A stretch of DNA of 33,123 nucleotides from Abditibacteriaceae bacterium (GTDB taxonomy: Bacteria > Armatimonadota > Abditibacteriia > Abditibacteriales > Abditibacteriaceae): assembly GCA_031372065.1 (NCBI GenBank), contig JANMKN010000027.1, positions 1-33,123 of the forward strand, given 5' to 3'. The translations under genes and the position numbers were made by a program. Below, one piece after another: positions 1-7,192 of this stretch. The notes below the pieces were generated by a model. It had not been told where the DNA came from, ran no database searches, and worked only from the letters and a program-made list of their open reading frames with translations. Numbering within the stretch: position 1 is the stretch's first letter; each line of letters starts with the position of its first letter.

Positions 1-1
1 C

Positions 2-745
2 CCACGGCACGCGATTTACTGGCTCAAACGCTGTGCTATTGAAGCGGCGCATAACGCCGGACTCGCGCGGCACAAACGCGTTGGAGTCATCGCCACCTGC
101 CGTGATTGCGGCGGCGCGGGGCGCTATGTTGATAGTTACGGCGACGAGAAAAGCCATTGCTGGAAATGCGCCAACTCCGGCCAGTTGATTCTTTACTTTG
201 TGGAAACGGGCCTTTCGACGCTCGCCGAGTTATGGGCGTGGCCGGTCTGGACATGGCACACGCCCGAAAACCTGTGGCCGCGCGAGTGGCAGGTCTGGCT
301 GCCCAATGAATTTCCGCGCGCCACCTCTTGGAAAACAGAGGCAGAGGGCCTTGATTTATCACCAGCGGCGGCGGCAGGGCATTTGAACACGGCGGAACTG
401 TTTTTCACAGCGCGTCCGCCACTTCGCCGCATTGATTTTGATTATCAAAGCGAAATGCGCGATGACTTTGACTATCGGCTTTATGTTGGGCAGTTGGGGC
501 GGCATTGCGTGTTTTGCGGCGAAGATTCCAAAAAGACTGGGCGCGGCTATCATTCTTGCCGAGGCAACGTTGAATGGAATGCTCATGTTTGCACCGACTG
601 CGAGAGTCGCTATGCGCAGGGCGTAAGGCGCGCCGGTGAGCCGAGCATCTGGGAAGAGATTCCGTGGCCCGCTGCGCTCTTGCGCGATGAGGCGATTCGG
701 TTGTGGCTGGAGCGGCATCCGGCGAAAGAGAAGGTGATAACGTGA
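2..745 (+). CDS. Cys-rich zinc-finger protein, 5' truncated by the window edge
   Basis: The frame of ORF 185..745 is open back to base 2 and adds CRDCGGAG...CWKCANSG (DnaJ-type CxxCxGxG-like); further CVFC and CTDC pairs; stop overlaps the next start (GTGA). Confidence 0.7.
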   Translation, partial: PRHAIYWLKRCAIEAAHNAGLARHKRVGVIATCRDCGGAGRYVDSYGDEKSHCWKCANSGQLILYFVETGLSTLAELWAWPVWTWHTPENLWPREWQVWLPNEFPRATSWKTEAEGLDLSPAAAAGHLNTAELFFTARPPLRRIDFDYQSEMRDDFDYRLYVGQLGRHCVFCGEDSKKTGRGYHSCRGNVEWNAHVCTDCESRYAQGVRRAGEPSIWEEIPWPAALLRDEAIRLWLERHPAKEKVIT

Positions 746-1869
746 AAAGTCTATTCCCTGAGATTAAAACGCGCAGCGTTAGCACTACGCCAGAGATCGA
801 AAAAGCGCTGGCGAGTGGCTCTCCTATTGGAATTGGTGTCAGTGGCGGCAAGGATTCTTGTGCGGTTGCGTTTCGCACTAACGCTTATTTGAATGAGATT
901 GGACATAGAGGGCCTCGTTTGCTGATTCACAGCGATTTGGGTAGTGTTGAGTGGCGCGAATCGTTGCCAGTTTGCCGCCAGTTGGCTGATGTCACTGGCT
1001 TGGAGTTGGTTACAGTAAAGCGCGCCGCCGGTGGCTTAATGGAGCGCTGGCACACGCGCTGGCAAAACAATGTGCATCGTTATGCCAACATGGAATGTGT
1101 AAAGCTGATTTTGCCTTGGTCAACGCCTTCGATGCGCTTTTGCACGTCCGAATTAAAAACGGCCATCATCTGCCGCGAACTGACTCAACGTTTTTCCGGA
1201 CAAACGATTTTGAGTGTCACTGGGATACGTCGAGAGGAAAGTAGTCAGCGTGCAAAGTCTCCGATCTACAAGACACAAGCGCGCCTGACCCGTGCTTCGC
1301 GCGATCCGGCTGCCCACGGCACGCGCGGCTTTGACTGGCACCCGATTTTGGACTGGTCGAAGCAAGACGTGTTTGATTATTTGGCGGAATGTGACTTTCC
1401 TTTGCACGAGGCTTATACGACTTATGGAAGCTCGCGCGTCTCTTGTTGTTTTTGCATCTTGGGTGCAAAGGCTGATTTAAAAGCCGCTACGCGCTGCGAT
1501 GATAATGAGAACATTTACCGCGAAATGGTTGAATTAGAAATCTCGTCAACTTTTTCCTTTCAAGATTCCCAATGGCTGGGCGACATCGCACCTGATATTC
1601 TCGGCTCGAACCAGCGGGAACGGTTGGAAGATGCCAAGCGCCGCGCGTGCCTTCGTGAAGGGGCAGAGGCGCGCATTCCTAAGCATCTGCTTTACACAAA
1701 AGGCTGGCCAACGTGCATTCCAACCCTCGCTGAAGCTGAAATGCTTTGTGAGGTGCGGGCGGCGGTGGCAGGCTCCGTTGGCCTAACAATCAGCTATGAC
1801 ACACCAGATGCGCTAATTGCGCGCTATGAGGAATTGATGGCACAGAACAATTTAAGGAAGGTGGCATGA
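742..1869 (+). CDS. PAPS reductase / CysH / DndC-like family protein
   Basis: PP-loop GVSGGKDS, RFCTSELK, GIRREESSQRA, PILDWS, SRVSCCFC; GTG at 742 follows AAGGTGA and overlaps the upstream stop (ORF track starts at 703). Confidence 0.88.
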   Translation: MKSLFPEIKTRSVSTTPEIEKALASGSPIGIGVSGGKDSCAVAFRTNAYLNEIGHRGPRLLIHSDLGSVEWRESLPVCRQLADVTGLELVTVKRAAGGLMERWHTRWQNNVHRYANMECVKLILPWSTPSMRFCTSELKTAIICRELTQRFSGQTILSVTGIRREESSQRAKSPIYKTQARLTRASRDPAAHGTRGFDWHPILDWSKQDVFDYLAECDFPLHEAYTTYGSSRVSCCFCILGAKADLKAATRCDDNENIYREMVELEISSTFSFQDSQWLGDIAPDILGSNQRERLEDAKRRACLREGAEARIPKHLLYTKGWPTCIPTLAEAEMLCEVRAAVAGSVGLTISYDTPDALIARYEELMAQNNLRKVA

Positions 1870-2654
1870 ACCAAGTTTTTACCTGTGGCTACAGCGGCCA
1901 CACTGTAGCGCAACTCAAACAAGCGGCTGAGGCATGGAATGCGCGTGTGCTGGACATTCGCCTTTCGCCCAAATCTATGCGGCCAGAATGGAATGAAGAG
2001 GCGCTCAAGCAATTGCTGGGCTGGCGTTATTATCATCTCGGCGCGCTGGGCAACGACAACTATAAAAATGACGGGCCTATCAAAATCCATAATCCGAAAC
2101 TGGGCATTGATATTGTCGAGCAACTGCTTTGCACGAAGTCGCTGATTCTGCTTTGTGGCTGCGCGGATTACCATTCGTGCCATCGCGCTGTGGTCAGCCA
2201 GATGCTCAGGGCGCGTCGTATCATCACGCAAGAATTGGCATGGCCCGAAGTCGAAACGGTCGGCGCGATAAAGGCATTGAGTATCAAACAACCGTGGGCA
2301 CACTTAATCGTCAGCGGCAAAAAGGACATCGAAAACCGTAGCTGGGCCACTAACTATCGTGGGCGCGTCCTCATTCACGCCAGCAAGGGCATGACGCATG
2401 ACGATTATGATTCATGCCTTGCCCTTTGCGATGTGCTGCAAGTCGAAATACCACCAATGGAAAATTTAGAGCGCGGCGGCATCGTGGGTGAAGCGACTTT
2501 GGTGGATTGTGTCACCGAGTCGAAATCGCCGTGGTTTTTCGGCGAATACGGTTTTGTGCTTGCCAACGCGAAACCGTTGCCCTTTGTCCCTTATCGCGGC
2601 GCGCTCGGCTTTTTCAATGTGCCTGTGGATATTTTGAAAGCTGATGCCAATTAA
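1866..2654 (+). CDS. DUF488-like domain fused to ASCH domain
   Basis: N-half: FTCGYS, VLDIRLSPKS, HLGALGN, LLCGC...SCHR (DUF488 pattern); C-half: ALSIKQPWAHLIVSGKKDIENRSW...GRVLIHASK (ASC-1-type ASCH GxKxxExR motif); ATGA overlap. Confidence 0.85.
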   Translation: MNQVFTCGYSGHTVAQLKQAAEAWNARVLDIRLSPKSMRPEWNEEALKQLLGWRYYHLGALGNDNYKNDGPIKIHNPKLGIDIVEQLLCTKSLILLCGCADYHSCHRAVVSQMLRARRIITQELAWPEVETVGAIKALSIKQPWAHLIVSGKKDIENRSWATNYRGRVLIHASKGMTHDDYDSCLALCDVLQVEIPPMENLERGGIVGEATLVDCVTESKSPWFFGEYGFVLANAKPLPFVPYRGALGFFNVPVDILKADAN

Positions 2655-3114
2655 AACCCTTGACGCCCGCGATGTGCGCCATTTGTTTAACGAACCGGGC
2701 AAGACCCCGCGCGATTGCCCTACACCGTCGCCAGTGCGCGCTGCGTGTGCCTCAGCAACACCTGTAACCATCGGAGCTATGAACTTTGAAGATGGCGAAT
2801 CGGCGGCGCTGGCACGGCTCAATAAAACGGAGCGGCGTTACTATGAAATCCTCAAGGCGCGTGAACGGCGTAACGAGGTTGTTAAGGTGCGTGTTTTTCC
2901 AATCACGCTACGTCTTGCCGACAACACACGCTATACGCCGGATTTTTCGGCTGTGGTCAAAGGGCGCTTTGTTTTCTTCGAGATTAAAGGCGCTTTCATT
3001 CGAGAGGACGGATGGTTAAAGCTAAAAATGGCGGCGGCGGAATATCCTGAATTTGATTTTGTGATGGCGCAATGGGCCAAAGGCGAATGGATAGAAACGG
3101 AGGTCAAAAAGTGA
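2644..3114 (+). CDS. PD-(D/E)XK nuclease, DUF1064-like (possible resolvase)
   Basis: RYTPDF...FFEIKG catalytic motif and LKLKMAA C-terminal pattern. Confidence 0.75.
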   Translation: MPIKTLDARDVRHLFNEPGKTPRDCPTPSPVRAACASATPVTIGAMNFEDGESAALARLNKTERRYYEILKARERRNEVVKVRVFPITLRLADNTRYTPDFSAVVKGRFVFFEIKGAFIREDGWLKLKMAAAEYPEFDFVMAQWAKGEWIETEVKK

Positions 3115-3404
3115 ATAAAGCTACGGAAAGCAGGGATAAACAATGGTTTGATGTAAAAATGTTGGCAGCGGCGGCGGTGCTTTCTGTTGGCGCGATTCGC
3201 TACCACTGGCGTAATGCGGTTGATGAACTGGATTTGCCGCCCACGCCTGCAGGGTGGCTTGATAAAGAGCGGGCACAAAATCTTTTGGACTATATTCGCA
3301 AAGCGCAGGAAGCTGAAACCGAACGGCGGCACGAATCTGCTTTGCAGTGGAACAAGCAACGTTATCGGTTTTGCAAAAACGTCAATATTGTTGAATCAAC
3401 ATAA
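3111..3404 (+). CDS. Hypothetical HTH-like DNA-binding protein
   Basis: GGAGG at 3099-3103, GTG at 3111 overlapping the upstream stop; VKMLAAAAVLSVGAIRYHW resembles a helix-turn-helix. Confidence 0.55.
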   Translation: MNKATESRDKQWFDVKMLAAAAVLSVGAIRYHWRNAVDELDLPPTPAGWLDKERAQNLLDYIRKAQEAETERRHESALQWNKQRYRFCKNVNIVEST

Positions 3405-3452
3405 CACCTTGCGTGGCGCTTAAAATCGTATTAGCAGCGGCGCTTTCACCTC

Positions 3453-3474
3453 AAAAACAATTGCAATCGTTTTT
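3453..3474. promoter_or_regulatory. 22-bp near-perfect palindrome, candidate operator upstream of the lysis module
   Basis: AAAAACaATTGCAATcGTTTTT, one mismatched pair, in the intergenic gap. Confidence 0.4.
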
Positions 3475-3515
3475 CACTTCACACCTGCCGCCGGAACCGT
3501 CGCTGCTTTTTTGTT

Positions 3516-3839
3516 ATGCCTGATTCCCAAGTTCTTTCGCCTGCCGCACAATGGGCCGTTGTCAGTGGTTTTCTCATGCCGCTTGTAATTGCGTGCATTC
3601 AGCAGCCCCATTGGAAAACTGAATTTAAAACCGCGATAGGTTTTTTGGCTTGTGTGGTGTGCGCTGTTATTCAACTGAGTATCGAAGGCAAGTTGGATAC
3701 TCGAAATTTTTTCCCAACAGTGGTTTTGGTGCTGACGGTTTCGGTAGGCACATTTCATCATTTTTGGGAGAAATTGGGCATTACAAGCGCAATTGAAAAG
3801 GGCACCTCGCCTGATTCTGAGGCAGGAGAAGAAAAATAA
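3516..3839 (+). CDS. Holin-like membrane protein
   Basis: 107 aa, three hydrophobic segments, charged C-terminus, upstream of a cell-wall hydrolase. Confidence 0.65.
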   Translation: MPDSQVLSPAAQWAVVSGFLMPLVIACIQQPHWKTEFKTAIGFLACVVCAVIQLSIEGKLDTRNFFPTVVLVLTVSVGTFHHFWEKLGITSAIEKGTSPDSEAGEEK

Positions 3840-4057
3840 TGTGGTTTCAAAAAGTGGACGGCACACTGGCAAATCTTGACTATGCCTTGCGGATTCGCAT
3901 CGAGCCGTCACATGGCGATGTTCAAACATCGGTCGTGGCTGATATGACATCGGTGGCGAATTATCAAGACGTGCTGTTTGCGGGAACCGAGGCGCAGTGC
4001 GCCGATACGATGGCCGCCATCGCCAGTCGTTTGGCGCCGGTGACGGCGCAAGGTTAG
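3839..4057 (+). CDS. Hypothetical protein (72 aa)
   Basis: TAATG coupling to the holin gene, AGGAG upstream. Confidence 0.65.
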   Translation: MWFQKVDGTLANLDYALRIRIEPSHGDVQTSVVADMTSVANYQDVLFAGTEAQCADTMAAIASRLAPVTAQG

Positions 4058-4101
4058 ATGGAAATGTGCGCGGCGCAATGCCAGTTGATTTAGCAATAAA
4101 T

Positions 4102-4181
4102 TTCCTGCGCAAAGCGGCCATGAAAACTGATGAGCGGCGATAAGGTGAAAGCCCTAAAAGATTGCATGGCAGCCGCAGGGA
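4102..4181 (+). ncRNA. Candidate structured RNA element
   Basis: TTCCTGCG/CGCAGGGA and GCgGCCATG/CATGGCaGC nested stems enclosing AGG-TGAAAGC-CCT; intergenic. Confidence 0.35.
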
Positions 4182-4235
4182 GCAAGTTTGATTCTTGCCC
4201 CCGCAGCCAAAGCAGAACAGGGGGAGGTGATTAAA

Positions 4236-4484
4236 TTGAGAATTCAACATTTCGCACGCAGTGTATTTGCGTTGATTGCACTGCTGGTTGCAGCAGCGTT
4301 TTGGACGCTGGAACTGCCCAAACCGCAACCAACGCCGGAAGTGCCGCACGTTGCCGCTGTGCCCTCGTATTTCGCGCATGACGGCCCGTTTCCGTCCAAT
4401 CCGCTCAGGTGGTGTCAAGCGCAACCAAGCGGCCCGCCTGTGAGCGGCATTTGTGTTTCCAGCGAGAGGCGCCTTACGACTTGA
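4236..4484 (+). CDS. Small signal-anchored, Pro-rich protein
   Basis: GGAGGTGA-TTAAA-TTG start at 4236, in frame with ORF 4188..4484; hydrophobic SVFALIALLVAAAFW followed by a Pro-rich tail. Confidence 0.5.
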   Translation: MRIQHFARSVFALIALLVAAAFWTLELPKPQPTPEVPHVAAVPSYFAHDGPFPSNPLRWCQAQPSGPPVSGICVSSERRLTT

Positions 4485-4504
4485 AGGCGCAAAGGCTTTA
4501 CGCA

Positions 4505-4573
4505 AAAATCACCGGCGGCGCTTTGGGCATTTCAGGGTGCGACAGTTTCCACCAAAGTGTTGCCGGTGATTTT
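4505..4573 (+). promoter_or_regulatory. 22-bp RNA hairpin (processing site or translational control element)
   Basis: 4505-4526 pairs with 4552-4573; the three non-Watson-Crick positions are all G-U on the + strand. Confidence 0.6.
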
Positions 4574-4579
4574 AATCTG

Positions 4580-4738
4580 ATGACACCCGCAGAACTTTTT
4601 ATCGCCCTTGTCTCCACCATCGCGAGCCTATTGCTTGGCTTTCGTTTGTGGTGCTGGGCGATGCGGCGGTGCGATGAGGCGCAGGCGCAGCACGAGAATG
4701 AGTTAGCTAAACGGGACACAAAAAGTGAGAAATTATGA
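4580..4738 (+). CDS. Small single-TM membrane protein (52 aa)
   Basis: MTPAELFIALVSTIASLLLGFRLWCW hydrophobic helix then charged tail; ATGA overlap with the next gene. Confidence 0.55.
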   Translation: MTPAELFIALVSTIASLLLGFRLWCWAMRRCDEAQAQHENELAKRDTKSEKL

Positions 4739-5223
4739 TTCCAAAAATTGATTTAAGCGTGATTGAAAAATTGCACGCGCAGTGTGAGCGGCGCGGCGTC
4801 GGCTATGGTTTGGGTGCCAAGGCCGATCACTTGAGCGATGGGCCGGACAAGTTTTCGCACATTGACTGTTCGGGTTACATCCGAGTTTTGCTTTTTCACG
4901 CCACGAACGGCGCGCTCGTTATTCCTGATGGCAGTCAGAATCAGCGCGAGTGGGCCGAAAAAAATCTAAATCAGGTTGGTCGCTACGTGGATGCGGCCAG
5001 CTATATGACTGGCAATCGCTTGTTCATTTGCTTTATCAAGCCCCACGCTAACGGATGCGGTGCAGTGGGCCATGTTTGGCTCCTACGCGATGCGGACACT
5101 GGAATCGGTGTGCGCGCGGAAACGGTTGAATCTCACGGCGGACACGGCCCGAATAGCCGCGCATGGAACACGGGTGTTCTTATTCGTGAGGTTTATTCGG
5201 TCTTTGAATTGCCGACAGCCTAA
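4735..5223 (+). CDS. Endolysin-like NlpC/P60 (papain-like) peptidoglycan hydrolase
   Basis: YGLGAK...IDCSGYIR (catalytic Cys)...GHVWL (catalytic His)...VESHG; lysis-module context. Confidence 0.75.
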   Translation: MIPKIDLSVIEKLHAQCERRGVGYGLGAKADHLSDGPDKFSHIDCSGYIRVLLFHATNGALVIPDGSQNQREWAEKNLNQVGRYVDAASYMTGNRLFICFIKPHANGCGAVGHVWLLRDADTGIGVRAETVESHGGHGPNSRAWNTGVLIREVYSVFELPTA

Positions 5224-5229
5224 TCAGAT

Positions 5230-5317
5230 AACCGGCGCTTGGTTTGCTGCAAATTTGCCGTGAGTGAATGCACCGCGCAGCGTATTTAGTCGCAGGTGCG
5301 ACGGCCAAGCGCCGGTT
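5230..5317 (+). promoter_or_regulatory. Multi-stem RNA structure closed by a perfect 13-bp stem
   Basis: AACCGGCGCTTGG (5230-5242) / CCAAGCGCCGGTT (5305-5317); inner TGCTGC/GCAGCG and GTCGC/GCGAC stems. Confidence 0.55.
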
Positions 5318-5325
5318 TAAAAAAC

Positions 5326-5892
5326 ATGAGATTCTCGCTGCGCAATCGCTCCTTTTTTGTTGGCCCAACCCTTTTGCGCCATCATGAGCGCCGCCGCTAT
5401 TGGCGCGTTCTCGCCAACATTTTGATGCGCGGCAACACGGAACCAACAGAGTTGTTTTTGTGTGCGACGCTATTGCTAACCGGCATCACGCAATTGGTCT
5501 CACACCAAAAGGTTTATTTGCATTCGCCGTTTTGGGGTTGGTCTTATGTGCTCTTAGCCGTGGTGGGAATTTACGGTTTAGTAACGAGACGAAAAATAAT
5601 GCGAATGTGGTTTGGCTTTGGCACGTTTTACGTTCGCACATGGATAACAACATTGGCTTTTGCCGCGAATCCCGGTGACTTATTTTGGTGTGGCGGCTTA
5701 ATCGGCGCGCTGATGGGAGCGTGGATATTCCTGCGTTATTGGTGCGCTATCGCAGTGGCGCGCGAGCGCAACCGCCGTTTAAAAATCGAAGATGCGGAAC
5801 AATCGAAAATCCTCAATGATTTGCTTATGTTTCGCGTGTTGGAAATGAGGAGCGAAGGCATCCCGGCGGCGGCGATTATCGCCAAGGCGTGA
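5326..5892 (+). CDS. Multi-pass membrane protein
   Basis: About four hydrophobic segments; ATG at 5326 in frame with ORF 5296..5892. Confidence 0.65.
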   Translation: MRFSLRNRSFFVGPTLLRHHERRRYWRVLANILMRGNTEPTELFLCATLLLTGITQLVSHQKVYLHSPFWGWSYVLLAVVGIYGLVTRRKIMRMWFGFGTFYVRTWITTLAFAANPGDLFWCGGLIGALMGAWIFLRYWCAIAVARERNRRLKIEDAEQSKILNDLLMFRVLEMRSEGIPAAAIIAKA

Positions 5893-5905
5893 CTATGGAA
5901 CTAAA

Positions 5906-6247
5906 ATGGCAAACGATCAATGGTGGGTGCCCTTTGTTCCGCAGTTGGCAACCGGGCTTTTAGGTTATGCGGCGGCGCGGCTTGCACACCGCGCCAAAAA
6001 AGAGGAAATCAGCGAAACCTCTTCCTCTCAGGTGCAAATCGCACGCATTGAAGCTGGCACCGCTACAGAGGCCCATCTATGGGAATATTTGAAGGACGCG
6101 GAATCCCGGCACGAAAAAGACATCGAACGTTTAAACGAGTGCAACGATAAACGCCGCGTCGCTGAAAGTCAAATCGTTGTTTTGCGCAGTCGTTTGGCGA
6201 CTGCTCTAAAGCGGATTCGGGCGCTGGAAAAGAGCGAGTGCGGTTAG
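5906..6247 (+). CDS. Membrane-anchored coiled-coil protein (lysis accessory?)
   Basis: N-terminal hydrophobic segment then heptad-rich helix. Confidence 0.65.
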   Translation: MANDQWWVPFVPQLATGLLGYAAARLAHRAKKEEISETSSSQVQIARIEAGTATEAHLWEYLKDAESRHEKDIERLNECNDKRRVAESQIVVLRSRLATALKRIRALEKSECG

Positions 6248-6402
6248 AGACACAATACGCTCAACTTGAAAAAGAACTTCGCGAACTCAAAACGCGACTC
6301 AACCTCATTGACTGGATTGAACACGAACTGAAAGAACATCCTGATGCTTTGAAAGCCCTATTGGAGCAAATCGCTCAGACGAAGGATAAATCGGAAAACT
6401 AA
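6238..6402 (+). CDS. Small coiled-coil protein (54 aa), or -1 frameshift extension of the previous gene
   Basis: Hand translation from GTG 6238: VRLETQYAQLEKELRELKTRLNLIDWIEHELKEHPDALKALLEQIAQTKDKSEN; fills the gap to the ParB-like gene. Confidence 0.55.
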   Translation: MRLETQYAQLEKELRELKTRLNLIDWIEHELKEHPDALKALLEQIAQTKDKSEN

Positions 6403-6409
6403 ATTAACC

Positions 6410-7168
6410 ATGTCACGAAAGAAAACCGCTGTTCCAAGCGTTGCTCCAAGCGTTGCTCCAAGCGTTGCAGGGGCCGTAACGCCCGATCTGCTGCGTTTGG
6501 AATATGTGCCGCTGTCTACAGCCACGGCGTGGGAGAGGAACCCCAAACGCCACGATGTTGGCGCGATCTGGAAAAGTATCCAGCAACACGGCTTTCTTGA
6601 CCCGCCGAAATTTGATGTCAACCTGAATGGCGGGCGCGGTGGTATCGTCGAGGGCAACGGGCGCTCTCACGTTTTACAAGAAATGAAAGCCGCTGGCGAA
6701 GCCCCGCCCCGCGGCGTTATCGATGGTGAGGAGGATTGGCTAATTCCCGTTCTTTTTGGCGTGGACGCGGCCAGTGAGCGCGCCGCCGAAGCCTATGGCG
6801 TGGATCACAACAATTTGGTTTTAAGCGGCGGGGATTTTAGCGCCTTTGATGTCTCTAAACTTTGGGACGAGAACGCTTACGCGGCATTGCTCACCGATCT
6901 GGCGCAGTTTGAAACGCTGCCGGTCAGCGTTGACGGCGACGATGTGGACGCGCTCATTGCGCATCTGGCAAGCGGCGGCGAAAATGGCGGGCACACATCC
7001 TTCAAACAGCAACAGCAAATTGAAAAATCCTCGCCCGGCGCGCCTGCCGACGAGCGCTATAAAGAGCAATACGGCGTGATTGTGATGTGTAGTGACGAGG
7101 CGGAGCAAAAGAGCATATTTGAGCGCCTTCAGGAGGAAGGCTACGACTGTCGCGTAGTCGTTACTTAA
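6410..7168 (+). CDS. ParB/Sulfiredoxin-like N-terminal domain protein with small C-terminal domain
   Basis: VPLS...WERNPKRH...SIQQHGFLDPP...IVEGNGR...DHNNL matches phage ParB-N; C-terminal YGVIVMCSDEAEQKSIFERLQEEGYDCRVV module. Confidence 0.8.
   Translation: MSRKKTAVPSVAPSVAPSVAGAVTPDLLRLEYVPLSTATAWERNPKRHDVGAIWKSIQQHGFLDPPKFDVNLNGGRGGIVEGNGRSHVLQEMKAAGEAPPRGVIDGEEDWLIPVLFGVDAASERAAEAYGVDHNNLVLSGGDFSAFDVSKLWDENAYAALLTDLAQFETLPVSVDGDDVDALIAHLASGGENGGHTSFKQQQQIEKSSPGAPADERYKEQYGVIVMCSDEAEQKSIFERLQEEGYDCRVVVT
6435..6468 (+). repeat. 12-bp in-frame tandem repeat CCAAGCGTTGCT x~3 (PSVA)
   Basis: Directly visible. Confidence 0.9.
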
Positions 7169-7192
7169 ACGGCACTTGAAAGAAGTTGATGT

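Noticed and set aside
4127..4150. Hammerhead ribozyme core (CTGATGA...GAAA)
   Set aside because: Stem II is only about 2 bp and no stem III with a UH cleavage triplet can be formed in any permutation
3474..4505. 343-aa minus-strand ORF
   Set aside because: Antisense shadow over holin and neighbouring genes; no motif, Arg/Pro-rich composition
6410..7168. Plasmid-type partition system
   Set aside because: No ParA, no HTH after the ParB-N domain and no parS-like array nearby
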